Under the pieces are notes generated by a model. The model made no database searches and was not told where the DNA came from. It saw nothing but the letters and a program-made list of their open reading frames with translations. A stretch of 62,412 nt of DNA, counting the filler, from Kipferlia bialata (taxonomy: Eukaryota), in assembly GCA_003568945.1 (NCBI GenBank). It is 2 parts of 2 records of this genome, joined end to end, with 100 filler letters (N's around TTAATTAATTAA, not from the genome) between each part and the next. Parts side by side here need not be neighbours in the genome. Positions count along the whole stretch, not along the records: positions 1 to 31,165 come from BDIP01000113.1; positions 31,266 to 62,412 come from BDIP01000114.1. One strand, given 5' to 3'. The position numbers were made by a program, and so were the translations under genes. Positions within the stretch are counted from its first letter, which is position 1; every line of letters starts with the position of its first letter. This document shows positions 29,519-43,365 of this stretch, one piece after another.

Positions 29519-30880
29519 ATGGCTAAGCGGGGCTCACGGATCATCGACTCAGACGATGAGTCAGACTATGAAGACGATCTGTTTGCCCAGCCATCCAGCG
29601 AGGAAGAGGTATGAATAATGAATCCTACTGGAAACTACATACTATATTATAAGCGTAGGTTACTCAGTCCCAGCTGGGTCACCAGGCCTTGTACCCCCTA
29701 TCTGTTAGTATATCCCCCCTCCCCCCCCCTCTCCCGCCAGGTGTATGTGGACGAGGAGGTGCAGTCTGTGAGGGACAAGGCCCGGCTCAAGAGGCGGCAG
29801 GCTCTCAAGGCCAAGGTCAGGGGCACCCCCAGCAAGAGGAGACCCGAGGTCAGGACCAGACCCAAGGCCAGTGTGATCGAGGACTCGGACGATGAGGTTG
29901 AGGGAGAGTGGGAGGGAGAGAAGACCCACCAGGTGATGGGTGCCGCTGACCTGAGGCGGCCTGCCCTGGCCCTTCCCGTCTTCTCCAGTCAGGCGACATA
30001 CGGGGTGGGGGAGGATGTTGCTCTGAGGGCATTCAGTGTGGCGGTGTCTGAGTGGGTGAAGAACAAGGTGGGTATTGGCTTTGAAACGAACACTATATAG
30101 CCACCACATTTACTCTCTCTGGCCTAACACCCTAGGGAGAGCGCCTCGACCTGGCTGGAGGGGCCATTGAGGTAACCTTTGTACAGTCTGTGGGTAGTGA
30201 CAGGAGCACCCGTGCTCTGATGGATGAGTGGTACACCACGCCCAGAAAGGCACCAGCTCTGAAGGTATATGGCAGCTCGTCTATCTAGTAATTAGCAACA
30301 CTGCTTCCTCACACACTCGACTGACGTGCAGACCCTCCTCAAGATGGACCCCTTTGTCAGCATAGTGGCATACCCCAAGGAGGCCAGCCTGGCCCAGCCT
30401 GACCCAATGTCCTTTGCACACGATCTGCCCCGCTATGTGGCCCTGCAGACCTGTGAGTCCTTCACCCCAGACGGTAACGGCCTGTCAGACGCTGTGCTGT
30501 CTCTGACCCAGCCCATAGAGAGCACACAGCCGTCCTCATCTCCCAGGGTGAAGGGTAAGGGCGAGGCAGCACCAGCTGGTGCATGTGCGGGACCCGCCAT
30601 GTTCACCTCCCTCATTGGCAAGCTGAAGGAGAGTGCTGTTCGTACCCTTGGTCCTGTGAAGTGCTCGACTAAGACTGGCGGTGGCTATGTCCCAGGTAAT
30701 GTCGGGGGTGTGACTGAGGTTGACGGGGTGCGGTTCCTGTCTATAGTTGGGACAGGTGCGTCGAAGGGGGAGGCCGTGCCCCAGCCGCTGAGGATGGCCA
30801 AGACCATGGTGGTCAAGCAGCTCAAGACAATGTACGCAAGGGTGCTGGATCTCTACCTCGAAAGCCTCGAGTCAGAATGA
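29519..30880 (+). CDS. Hypothetical protein with an acidic/basic N-terminus, about 4 exons
   Basis: MAKRGSRIIDSDDESDYEDD..., GC-rich exons with canonical splice sites, long last exon to TGA at 30880. Confidence 0.65.
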
Positions 30881-31113
30881 GACAGTGAGTAAATGGTGTA
30901 TAATTATGGGTTTGTAGTAAGATGTGCATAAGTAGCATTGGTGTGACACTGTCAGAAAACAAGTACAGTTGAATGAGTGCCGAAACGTGTATTTGAGTAT
31001 TCCAATGGATTGACTCTACCCTGTCCTCTGTCACTCTGCTCTCTTCACTCACAACCCATCATACATTGAACTGAACACATCTCTGCCCTGTGGTATAACC
31101 TGTAACAGGACCC

Positions 31114-31165
<52 letters not shown>

Positions 31166-31265
31166 NNNNNNNNNNNNNNNNNNNNNNNNNNNNNNNNNNN
31201 NNNNNNNNNTTAATTAATTAANNNNNNNNNNNNNNNNNNNNNNNNNNNNNNNNNNNNNNNNNNNN
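31166..31265. other. Artificial scaffold linker N...TTAATTAATTAA...N
   Basis: A 12-mer with stops in all six frames, centred in an N run (31210-31221). Confidence 0.9.
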
Positions 31266-31862
31266 GGGGGGAGGGGGGTGGTCGGGCACGGTTTGCGCTG
31301 GTGTGGCCCTAATAGAGAGAACCAAGAGGTCTAGGGCGTCTGGTAAGGTCTCGTCCTTCAGAGCACGCACTCTCTCCCCCTGGATTGTATCTGCATCACA
31401 CTCAGGGCTCAGCAGTAACGGGAATGCACTCCTCACGCTCCCGGGCTTCCTAAGAGCAGCTTGGTGTACCAGACCGACCTCCGGCTTGACACAGGCCACC
31501 AGCCGAGCAAGTCTCCTCTTATCAGTGATGGCAGCATATGTGGTGGGATTGGCGTCCACACTGACGGCCTGGTCTGAGGGTCCAGACATTGCGGCATCCC
31601 GCAGCCCAACCCGCACCACCCTGTGTATGTCCTCTGTGAGGGAGTACAGGGACGGGTGGATGTCTGGGGGGCAGAGGGGGGGGTCTCTCTCAGACAGACA
31701 GGAGAAGGGAGTGCCGCCCATCCGGAAGGTATCATCTGCTGCCAATAAGATATGGCCAATGCCACTTGGCTCTGTTGCAAAGTCTATACATGTGCTGGTG
31801 CGATGAAATCGCATGCAGATTGATGCCGCGCAGAAGAGGCAGCGCGGCCAGAGAAATGCCAT
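31266..31862 (-). CDS. Hypothetical protein, 3' end lost at the gap
   Basis: About 200-codon GC-rich open frame from ATG at 31862. Confidence 0.55.
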
Positions 31863-32045
31863 AAGGGTTTAAGTGGTTAAAAGTTGTTTTTTGGTCGGAC
31901 CGACAATGTCGGTGTGTCAGCTTGCCACCGTGTTGATATGTTTAACATATTACAATTACCTGGTTAATCCAGTATCACTTCATCATGTTTGCCGCCCATA
32001 GCCTTTAAACTACACAATATCGATGGTGGGGGTGAGGGTGGCCCG

Positions 32046-32667
32046 ACTCTGAGTCAGAGTCTCTGACACAGTGTACATGACAGCCTGTCATTGACAGGAC
32101 ATCTCGGAAAGCAAAGAGTCGATTACTTCCAACAATTTCTCAGTGTAAGGAATGCCAAAGGTACGAGTGGTGTAGGTACACTAGTGAAAGGCGTTGTCAA
32201 AGCCAAAATGGTGTTGCCAATGAAGTGTCGATAGTATCGACTCGATACTCTATGCCAATTAGAAGCTCTCTCAAGGCTATTAGTAATAGTAGTATTGTCC
32301 CTACAATTACCTCATCGATCATGTACACATGTTCACAAACTGCAAGTCATTGTGCGCTTGACCGAAAGTACATGTACGAAAGAACTGTGGCTCAGACCAC
32401 CACAGGACCCTGATGACTCACGACATCCTACAGACCACAGTTACTGGGATTGACAGGTTCAAGACAATATATATGACAAGAACGGAAGACCTTAGGAATC
32501 TTGCTGGGACCAGAATCCAGTAGACACTATCTACCCTACTACGAAACTATGATAACCAAACCCAACTTAGCATTCCAATGTGACTATGATATTAGATTAC
32601 GATATTAGATCGTATGACGTCAGGTGATCACTCAAGTTATACGGGACCTCCACTGGAGGTCCTCCAG
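32046..32667. mobile_element. Four putative hairpin-type transposon excision footprints
   Basis: Exact 22-mers at 32046-32067, 32077-32098, 32227-32248 and 32646-32667. Confidence 0.6.
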
Positions 32668-33087
32668 TCATCTTGGAAGCTTAGTGGAGGCTGCTCAAAT
32701 ATCGTACATGAACAGTATTGTCACTATATACATTCTCTTTACAGAAGGGGCAAAGGTTGAACGTGCTAGTACCCCGGAAGCTTCTATAATAGACTATTAT
32801 TAATAGTCACTTGGGACGCTACACGGACACAACCTTCCTTGAGTTGAAGAACACACTCAGCTCTCACCATTGCTAATGGGAGGGGTACCAAGTCCTATTG
32901 AGTGTGGGAATACTCATAAGACTCCTTGCATAACGATGTTAGTGAGCATTGGTTGCTCTAGGTGAAGTTCGCCATGGAGTCGTATATCTCGTGACGAAAG
33001 ACTCGCCGAATCGACATCACAATATGAATCCATTTTTGACTTTGGGTTCTGTGTCGACAAGACCCTCATGTAGATGTGTTTCCCCTA

Positions 33088-35074
33088 TCAGTCCACAAGA
33101 GCAGTCACCAGGCCTTCTAGATGCCTGGCGTCTGTGCCGCAGCACCCACCTATAGGTGAGGGGTGTAATATGGAAGAATGGGTTGAGAGACACCCACCCA
33201 CATCAGACACAGACCATGACTTCATAACTACGTAGGCGAAGTATGACTCAGAATAGCCTCCATATAGGGTATTTGGAAAATAGTATTTTCATGTCACACA
33301 CCTAGTATGCGCACTGACGGGTGGGTGTCCCTGACAGCCACCATATCTGCTACCCACTGGGAGAGGGGCTCCTCCCTCGTGTCTAGGCAGGACTCCAGCA
33401 CAGCAGGGCTGAGACTACTGGCGTTGGCCATTATGCCAAGCAGTCTAGGGTGAGGTGGGGCGGGAGGGGAGGACGGGGGGGAAGAGTGATTGAATAGTTC
33501 AAGAACAGACACATCACACCTGGAGCAGTCCCCGTTGCCTGGCCTGACGGTGCATGGGTAGCAGCAGTTGACCTGGGGGGTGAGCAGTGAACTCAAGCCA
33601 CAGAGATAGACAATGCCAGTGCGTTACAAACAATACAACATCCCTATAGGCATCCAATTAACACGCTCCAGAACCCTCACCATATATCCCAGAGGGGGTG
33701 TCGATGCATACTCGTCGACCTCTCGGATGGCCTCAGAGAGAGGGGTGCCATCACGGAGATTCCTGAGAGGTTATATACTAAGAGGTTGGAGAGGAGAGGG
33801 TCTTAACATACTGTACTATGCGTCTATCTGACAGTTCATATACAGGGCCCGGACTGGACTGCGTTCTAGAGTGGGTAACCACTAACCCGTCACTCCCAAG
33901 GACGAATGAGATTACGTAGTCCACTTTGGCGTCAGCCAAGGCCTGAGTGTAAGTGGAGTGTGTACCATACCAGTACACATCTATACCCATATCACATCAC
34001 ACCATTAACCCGCACCTGTGCCATTCCCTTTGCCTCAGACAGACATGGGAGGGTCTGACCTATGATGCAGTCGACACCCCCTCTCACCAGCTCAGAGATC
34101 TGGGGTCAGCGGTCATGACTCATGAGGGTGTATCTGGGTTAAATATTCTACACGATACTAAAAACACAACCTGCCAGGCGTGAGCTTCTCTGGCCTCACT
34201 CTCAGTGAGGCCCTGTGAAGGAGTATAGCAGTCGTTCTTAGGTCCTATAAGGCCACCTATGCAGATATCGACCCCCCCCCCAATATCTTCTCTTGCCGTT
34301 AGAATCCTGAGTACAAGTGATATCATAAAGGTGGATACAAATGTACGTTGTCACCTAAGGCGCCGCATAAACATGGCTGCGTCATAGTTACAGTCCATGT
34401 ACTTTGTGGCATCACCGGCATCCATTGAGGCAGCTAGGAGACTGGGAATGTAAGATGGGAGGGAACAGTGAGGTGACAATAGATAGAACAGATAGAATAC
34501 AATAGATAGAAATAGAAGATGTCCAACAGTCGTGCTATATAAACTAAGAAGAAGCCGTACCGGTCTCTACTGGCCCGAAATGTGGGTGTAGACACTACGA
34601 GGGGTACCTGAAAGTAAAGAAAGGGGATGCACAATAGACAGAAGGAGAGTGTAGTAACATAGCCGCTGGTTCCTCACCTTAGCTCTTCGGGCAATGTCAA
34701 TGTACTCAGTGTATATGACCTGCAGTGCCCTGCGACCAGCGTCTGAGTAGATGGCACTGCGGATATGAGTATGTGTCGATACAGTAGTAAACAGTAGAGT
34801 CACGTACACACTTGGGTGACATTCTATGGGGAATTCGTCCACCAGCTAGATATACAAAGCGCCTACACGTAACCACTGCAGACGTACCCAGAGTTGAACA
34901 TGTGTCTGTCGAGGGTCACACCTGGAAAGGTCTTCAGCCTGGGTCAGCCTACAGTGGAGAGTACATGGCACACACAGGGAGAAACAGCACACAAATATCG
35001 GACATTTACCTCTCAGCAACACCTGCTTCAGCCAGCAGGAGGCCGGAATGGCTCTCTATCTCATCCAACAACAT
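33088..35074 (-). CDS. Homocysteine S-methyltransferase family protein, multi-exon
   Basis: MLLDEIESHSGLLLAEAGVAERL...STPTFRASRDR...GPKNDCY...GQTLPCLSEAKGMA...VNCCYP...ANASSLS...GGCCGTDARHL; the Zn-binding VNC and GGCCGT motifs are intact. Confidence 0.9.
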
Positions 35075-35426
35075 ACAAGCCTAGTATATTCAGAGGAACA
35101 GTAGAGACATTTATTATCATCAAAGTCTGATCAAACCACCAAACGCTCTGGGAAAAAGGGTCTATTACTAGTACTTTTGCCTCTGGTGCAAAAGCCGCAA
35201 AGTGACCTCTCTCTCTCGTATCAGTTGTGGCTGCCTCATGCTCTCTATGGCACGCTCTCTGGATGGGGATGTCATCCTGGCTTTCAGAGGTGGAACAAGG
35301 GTGTGCCCAATCAAGGGCTGAGCCGCTGAAGGCTGATATTGACACAGCCTTGTGTCAGGGCAGAAAAGGTTAGAGGTTCCTAGAGGTTCCGTTCTTCTCA
35401 GCCATTAAGTATTGACTCCAGGACAG

Positions 35427-37290
35427 ATGCTCAAGAGTATTGAGTTCTACGAAACGCAGGGGACAGATAAGTGGCCATTCAGGTCGCACCGTATGTCACA
35501 GTACCCAGTCACGTAAGTGTTCTATCACGATAGATTCAAGCATCGCCCGACTACACTACTGTCCAATTCGTTATCGCTATGCTTACTTAAAGCTAACCCT
35601 AGGTCTGTTGTGAGTGGCGACCACGTCATTGTGGCTGTGTCCGGGGGAGGCATCGGCATAGCCTATGACAAGGACTCCCTCCAGTTCCTGTGTTACGTCA
35701 ACCCATTCACCTCCTCCTATATCAAGACAGCATTCTTCTGCGAGAGGGGGGGAGGGTACTTCGTATTCTCTTGCGTGGCTCTGCCAGCGAAAGACTATGT
35801 AGGTGTGGATTGAGTAACACCATCCTGTACTCGTTTGACTTGATACCCATACCCTTCATCCATCCTGACTCCCAGTGCTATACAAGGTGCCTGAGTCCAG
35901 CATAGTGGGAGGGACCCCCATCCCCAAGCGCCTGTACCCAAAGAGGATGAACTTCCCCGGGTGTGTCACTCTTCTCTCATCAATGCACCATCATATTCTG
36001 CATCCGACCTCCAGGTACATCGAGTGGGACTTCAGCACCGGCCTGTATGCCACCTTTGTGCCCAGGGGCACGTGGTCCAAGGACCAGGTGCGGTACACCC
36101 CATTACTCGGTACATGCCTCGGGGTATGATGTGACGCTCTGACCCCAGATCAAGGCCCTGGGCCCCAACAAGGCCATAGAAGGGACATACTCTGTGTGGG
36201 ACAGCCTCAACAACTCCAACCAGGCGCTCTTTAGGTTCGACAGCATGGAGGGCAATGTGTGCGACATCAGGTGTGTGTGTGTGTGTCTGTGTGTCATCTC
36301 TGCGTCTCTATGGTGATATGGCCCTAACCCCAGGCTGTCTGACGGGTATCTGCTCCTGGTCTTTGGGGCCACCCCTGTCGGCTCCGTCACCGTATCCACC
36401 ATCCCCCTCCACTCCTTCTGCTGCCAGGCCCCAGGGTATGACCTGCCAGCCACCCATGACAATGTCAAGCTGCTCAGACACCACAGGCTGGCCTTCAAGG
36501 TGGACGGGCAGGTGGGTGGTGGCAGATATACGGAGTGGTGTCATGGGTACCAGTGTAGTGTACATTATACCCCCCCCCCCCTGCCGACCCTTACCCCAGG
36601 CATCGCTGGAGCATGTCGAGATATGCATGGGACGGCTGTTCCTGCGGCAGAAGCGGGGTCCCCTGTGTGTGAGTAGGGTGAGAGGGGGCAAGGTGGAGCT
36701 GGCCAGGACAGGAGCAGTCATAGAGGGGGAGATGAGGTGGGGTCTGGGTGTCTGGTCCTAGCTGTGTTCTATATACTCTTGGCAACCCTGACCCCCAGTG
36801 TGGAGAAGAAGAACTGGTTCGGTGTCATTGAGGTGCACTCCGACCTAGGCACTGTCCTATTGGATCAGGGGGGGCACCCGCTGCACCCTGCCCCCCTACA
36901 GATACGGCCTGTGAGGGGAAGAGCCACAGGGACCATAGTCAGGTGTGGGAGACTATCTGTTCAGCATGACTCAGTCTATATGTGTAGGGTATGTTTTGTA
37001 TACCCACCTCTCTGACCCCAGGTGCCCTGGAACCAGACATGCTGTGTGCATGGTGCCCCTAGATCCCATGAGGCCTGAGGGCGAGGCCCACCTGGTCATC
37101 ATGGACAAGGTGGGGGTGGTTTGGATGTATGGGTACTTGTTGGTGTGATGGCCCTCACTCCCAGACCGGCACGGTGCTCTCCTCCCTGATGCGAGTGGAC
37201 CCCTACACCATATCCTGCATAGCATCCATCCCAGCTGGCATCCTAGTGTGCAGGGTCAGTGGGGCAATGCAGCTGGTGGGGCTGTCCTAG
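35427..37290 (+). CDS. WD40-like beta-propeller protein resembling an uncharacterised plant/protist family
   Basis: FLCYVNP..YIKTAFF, FPGYIEWD, VEICMGRLFLRQ echo the remembered motifs ICFLN..IRSLFY, WPGFVEFD, IEQFNEKLLVKQ; about 10 exons. Confidence 0.6.
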
Positions 37291-37660
37291 GCAGTCCAGG
37301 GCCATTTCTCTATGTGTTTCTGTTCGCCTGTGTTTGTGTATTCGTTTGGTTCTATGTTATCCTTCACTATTGTATAAATGATGTGTCAGGATATACAGCC
37401 TAAGGTCATTATTTGGACAGTGTTTCAAACTGGGTAGACGGAGTCAAAAACACCATTGAGGGTCTATGTTAACATACATTCTCAGCATTCTCAGCATTCG
37501 ACAGACTCCTGCACTCTCTTTACACTCTGTTCGACCAAGTGTAGTATAGACCAAGTTCCACCGGACATATTAGCACTACACACGTGACTAGACACTGCAG
37601 TTGCCCCCGCCCCCCCCCACTCTGTTAGAGAGACCATCCCGTAGCCTGGGGTGCTGAGTG

Positions 37661-40213
37661 ATGGATGCCGATGTCATACACACAGGCCTGCTCCGCCCCC
37701 ACTGTCTTTGTCACGGCAGAAAGCCCACGGGTGTGCACCACAGAGTGTACTGCACTGATGGTGGCAGTGTGAGCAGTTACAAGGTGGGACACGGTCTTCA
37801 GTAGAACACAGAATTCTCTCCCAATCTCACATTACAGAAGGATAGCCGGAAGCCATTCTACTGTGCTGTCCCTCGGGGAAAGGGCGTTGTCAGTACACTT
37901 GCATGCAACAGTGAGGGAACCCTGTATGCTGGTGTTGGGTCTGATGTCTACGCTGTGTCCAGAGACGGTCTGTCTGCCCAGCCCGTCATGTCCTGTGACA
38001 GTGAGGTGCGGCAGATGCTTGGTTGCTATAGTATGTGCAGTTGCTGGGTGGATGGTCGGAGAGGGATCGATGCTTTGTCCCTTAATCACTCATATTTCAT
38101 GATTCATATAGAGACCAGTGTACATAAACACATACGTATATGAATATTCCCACCCTGACCCCAGGTCCAGCGTGTCAGGTGCATGGGGTCCCGTATTGTG
38201 GCACTCTGCTCTGCCTCTGTCAATGTTTGTGTGGACGGGTGCACCCTGTCGCTCCCCCTCCCTGCCCCTGCCAGCGACTGGTGCCTCCTCCCCCCAGGCA
38301 CTCTCCTGAGCCAAGGGGCATCGGGCGCCGAGGCCGCAGGGGCAGGCCCAGACACAGTGGCTGTGGCGTGTGGGGATGCCTCTGTGCGACTGTTTGTGGT
38401 GCCAGAGGCCAAGGGGGCTGGTCTGTCCTTCTCGGCCTCCATCCCCCTATCCTGCACCTGCATCACTCCCCTGCCGGCAGAGCAGCCGGTACGGCAGTAG
38501 CAGTCTATTCTACTTGAGATATTTCAAGACCATACCCCCCCTCCCCCTTCCAACATTCCCCTATATATAGTAGTCTATTACACTTCTATTTTTGCATTCC
38601 CCCCTGTATCCATGACCCCAGGGTATGCTGTTCAGCGACGGGTGCAGCGTGAGTGTCATTGTGAGTGGCCGCACCCACCAGGTGTGCACCTCCCCCCGAC
38701 CCATATCCAGACTGGCAGTGCAGGACGTGACGGGGGACGGGGCGCTGGAGCTGGTGCTGGTCAGTGGCGAGAAGCTGACGGTGAACAGGTACGCCCAGTG
38801 GAGGCTGGAGTTGGTGGTGCCCGTTGTACCTTTCCTTCCACTTCTCTAAATATTCATGTGGTATACCTGACTCTATGACTGGCTGGACAACCCTGTATAT
38901 ATATTACTATATTCCCTGTATATTACTATACTATCGAATGTCAACCCTCGTACTTATCTCTAGGATCCTGCCTGGGTTCAGCGTGTTGCCTGTGCGTGTG
39001 CCTGACCTGCAGGGGGTGGTGGATGTGATGGGGTGCGAGGACACACTCTACGTCGCAGTCGGCACAGGTGAGTCTTACCCTCTACTTTCCCGTCTTCCTG
39101 TTATGACTGGCTGAATAGATCTACCCCATGCATATCAATACTTATCTTACTTTACCCCTCTCCCCCACCCCAGGGTCCGTGTCCATTGTGTCTCTTGGCC
39201 AGGGCTCCAAGTCGGGGGAGGGCATCGTGAGGAAGGGCGGCGAGGCCAAGCGTCTGCAGGCGCTTCAGGAGCGTATCTCTCAGCTGGAGGTCAAGCTGAG
39301 TGCCGCCGACCAGGCCAGAGAGAGGGAGAGAGAGGCAGAGGGGCAGTACCACCAGGAGCCGGCCTCGCCCTCCTCCGCTGCCCCCTATCCCTCTCTGTCG
39401 GTGAGGGTGACCCCATCTCTGCGGTCTCTCTCTCTCTCTGTCACCGTCTCCCTCTCTGTCCCCTTCAAGTCCCTCTCTGTGTGTCTACCTGAGACTGTGG
39501 TGTGCACGTCTGTCGAGCCCGAGGCTGTTGTGTGTGCCGTGACCAATGGATGCGCCCTGTCCTTTGCCTCTAGTGTCACCAGTGCCATCCTGACCCTCAG
39601 ACTCCCTCAAGCAGGGGCAGGGGGGGACGGCAGAGTGCTCGTGTCGGCCCTGACCCAGTCCCCTGTCTCCCCCTGCGTCGTGGGGGTGCTCCCCATACCC
39701 ATACTCCCCTTCCACGCCCAGTCCCGCCCCATTGAGAAGCGCCCCGTTGGCATGAGGGTCCGGGGTGTGCTAAGGCAGGGGGTGTCGTCACTGGCCCCCT
39801 CCCTCACTCCCCACACCACCCTCCCCCTCACCTTACTAGGCCCAGCTGACATAGTCTGCATCATGGCCGCAGATGGGTCCGAGGGGGTGACGTGTGCGGC
39901 AGGGGTGGACGTGGTGGTCGAGGCAACCAGCGTGGCCAGTGGCACCCTCTGTGCAGAGGCCCTCCTGACCGATGCCCACCCCACCGAGACCCTTGCCCCA
40001 GGCCTGCTGGCCAGGGCCTCTGCCTTTGCCCGACAGCTCAGGTACCAGCTGGCGGGGGGCACTGCCGACTATGGCCTGGCCACCCTCAGGAGGGATGTGG
40101 TGCTGCTGGGGGGGGAGGCCTCGGATATCGACGGGGCAGTCTCTCTGTTGAAGGAGGGTCAGGACGCCGCCCTGCCCCTCCTGGTCTCTCTGTTCAAGAG
40201 ATTGGCATCATAG
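37661..40213 (+). CDS. BBS7: Divergent BBSome subunit BBS7-like protein
   Basis: Colinear with BBS7: VAVACGDASVRL, QDVTGDGALELVLV (cf. DIVGDGVKDLLV), coiled coil KRLQALQERISQLEVKL, GAE-like region ending ILPFHAQ. Confidence 0.65.
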
Positions 40214-40573
40214 AGCTTATCAAATGGGGTATTGACTAAGTGTTCAGGAAGGGTTATATATACTTTTACACACTGGTATTCTCGGTAACTTGGATTCTAT
40301 AGCACACTCCTAAATTCCCCCCGACGTAGTATCTGTAAGGCTATCAATACAATCTGTATTCTGTGGGCCATTGCACGTTACTAGTATACCTCTTGATTCA
40401 CCGGTTTCATATGCAGAAATCTTATAGAAGCTATCTTACTCGGTATGAACATGAAACACGGTCCGACATTATAGACCCTAATTATTGACCCAAAAATGAG
40501 GGTCCAGCGTTATATCAAAACCAAAATCTGCAGTTCTCTCTCACCAAAAGAGCCATAGAGCTCCCAACCCAAC

Positions 40574-43365
40574 ATGGCTAAGAAGTCAAAGGATTCACCA
40601 GCTCCTGATTATAGGTATATAGCTTCTTCAGAGTAAGGATATAGATGACATGACACTGTGAGTATATTTTTAGAGATTCATGTCTTCTTTTAGATTTCTG
40701 CTGTCTCTATGTTTCTTTACATATATCTAGGAGATTAAAACAGCTAGTACTGCTTGTGATAGTGTTTCCTCTATAGTTTTAGCACTCAACTAGTAGGATA
40801 TGCGGGTCTTCCATGTATCCAAATATACCATTCTATTTTTGTACTTGTACTCTTGCCTTCAGATACTCTGAAGATGCCATAAAGGAAGTGCTTGTGACCT
40901 CTATATCAGTGATGAGCTTACTGTCTTATTCTCAGGCACTTTGACGGTCCCGTCAAGAAGCGCAGATGCCGCGACTGCTGGTTCCTGCCATTCTTCGTTG
41001 CCTTCTGGCTCTTCATTGGATACCTGATCTATCTGAAGTATGACGCATCCCTCGGGCTCTCCGCCGATCAGTTCATCGAGGTGCAGCGTGCCTACCTCCC
41101 CATCGACAAGATGGGCAGGTTCTGTGGCCGTGGGGATGACTGGAACACCGCCAAGCACCTCACCCCTAACTCCCAAGGTATATATACATTGTCATGAGTG
41201 TAGGGGTAATGGTAATATATATATATATATAATTATTATGTATTATACATGTGTGTGTATATATCATGAACTGTATCTCACTCCAGGCATCATCAACGAC
41301 CTAGCCGTCACCATGTTCACTACTGCCGTGGGTACCACCAAGGCCAACTACCTCCAGTACTTCATGAGGCTGCCAGATGCTGCATTCGAGGATGTTTCCT
41401 ACACGAACGCCAGCTACCTGACTTCCGATGACCCCATTCTGTCCTATGACCACACTAATCGCGACTACCTGTGGTACTCTCTGTCTCCCTCCCTGGACGA
41501 CATCACCTCTGTGCTCGACAACTGTATCTGTGTGGAGGACTGTACCGCAATCTATGGCCTGGTCGACATCGACGAGGTGTTTGGAGATGACGGAGAGGTG
41601 GACGACGACAGCGTTGTGTACCCCTATGTCTGCTCCAGCGATCTGATGGACCTTGCCACCAGCTACCAGACTGACAACCCCAGCATCGTGGTCGACGCCA
41701 ACGGCTACTACGACATCACGGACTACACCCTTCTCAAGAGCAGGATGTCCACCGCCATGAAGTCCCGTCACTCCGAGATCACCGACGCCGAGGTCGACGG
41801 TCTCTTCGAGCAGGAGTGCTTCACCGTCTGGATCGACACTGCCTCCGAGAGCATCTCCAAGCGTTGCCTCCCCCCCTCCTCCGCCCTGTCCTCTGCCAGT
41901 GAGTACGCCTCCGACGTCGTGACCTCCTTCCTCGAGGGCATTGTGGGCCAGTCCGTGGGCACCATGGCCATCTCCTCTGTCATGGATGGCTGGCAGTTCA
42001 TGCTCGGCGGCGTCGTTGTGTCCGTCCTCCTCGGATTCCTCTGGCTCCTCCTCCTCAGGCTCTTCTCCGGCCTCATTGTGTGGATCACCATCATCGGCCT
42101 CTTCGGCTGCCTCTGTGCCGCCACCTACTACACAGGATACAACGTACGTGATACTGATACAACGTACGGGAGAGGCTCTGTCTGCTGTCTATGTTTATTG
42201 TTTCTCTTTTCAGCCCCCCCACCCCCCTCACCCCCAGGGATACACTGAGAAGACATACTGTGAGGACAACACATGCACCGACTCTCGTTCCGAGTCTGCC
42301 AACCGTATGTTCTACGTCGGATGTGGTCTTGCCGCCATCACCATCATCTACCTCCTCCTCGTGTTCTGCATGTGCTCCAGGATCAACCTCGCCATCGCCA
42401 TCCTCAAGGTGTCCTCCACCGCCATCCGCAACATGTTCCGCCTTGTGTTCCTGCCCATCGGCTTTGTCTTCTGGGGTCTGGTCCTTGGATGCATCGCCAT
42501 GTTCGCTGCTGTCGTTGCCTACACAGGCGCTGAGTTCCACTGTGCCGAGGGCCACCGTAGCTGGGAGCCCACCACCGTTGAGTACGTGTATGCCGCCGTC
42601 GGCCTCCTTGGCTTCTGGTGGGGCCTCTACTTTGTGCTGGGCCTGTGCCAGACCACCATTGCCATGTGTGTCGCCACCTGGTACTTCACCAGGGACAGGA
42701 ACCACCTTCCCAAGCGCCTCGTGACCGCCTCTCTCTTCAAGGTGCTTCTGTTCCACTCCATGTCCGTTGCCCTTGGCTCCTTCTTCATCGCCCTGCTCAC
42801 CTGGGTCCGCATCATGTTCCAGTTCGTCAAGAACCAGGTCAAGAACAAGCACGCCGACAAGGGCTTTGTCAAGTACCTCCTGGCCTGTGTCGACTGCTGC
42901 CTCTGGTGCTTCGAGAAGATCCTCAAGTACATCAACAAGAACGTGTACATCGCCATCTCCATCCAGGGCAAGTCCTACTGCAAGTCTGCCTCCGAGGCTA
43001 TCCCCCTCCTGCTCGAGAACGGGGCCAGGATGGTGGCTCTCAACGTCATCGGGGACTCCCTGCTCTTTGCCGGCAAGATGTTCATCTCCCTCGCCTCTGG
43101 CATTGTGGTGGGTCTGGCCATCTACCAGTGGGGTGACGACGGTATCTCCGCATACTGGCTGCTTCCCTCCATCATCGTGACCCTCTTTGCCTTTGTGTTT
43201 GCCTCTCTGCTCATGTCTGTGGCCGAGCTCGTCATCGACTCCATCTTCTACTCATTCCTCATCGACGACAAGCTCCACGCCGGAAGCCCCTCCTCCCACT
43301 ACTTTGCCCCCAGGGAGCTGCACTCCTTCATCAAGGAGAGTGACCCCGAGAGCGGATGCTGCTAA
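40574..43365 (+). CDS. Choline transporter-like protein (CTL/SLC44), 4 exons
   Basis: YRHFDGPVKKRRCRD, RINLAIAILK, FHSMSVALGSF, CCLWCFEKILKYINKNVYI, GKSYCKSA; multiple TM helices. Confidence 0.95.

Noticed and set aside
31210..31221. TTAA repeats as a piggyBac target
   Set aside because: Embedded in Ns; a six-frame-stop assembly linker.
35061..35345. 94-aa ORF as the methyltransferase N-terminus
   Set aside because: It starts at GTG; family similarity begins at the ATG at 35074.
41301..42971. Long antisense ORFs over the CTL gene
   Set aside because: Shadow frames caused by strong GC3 bias.
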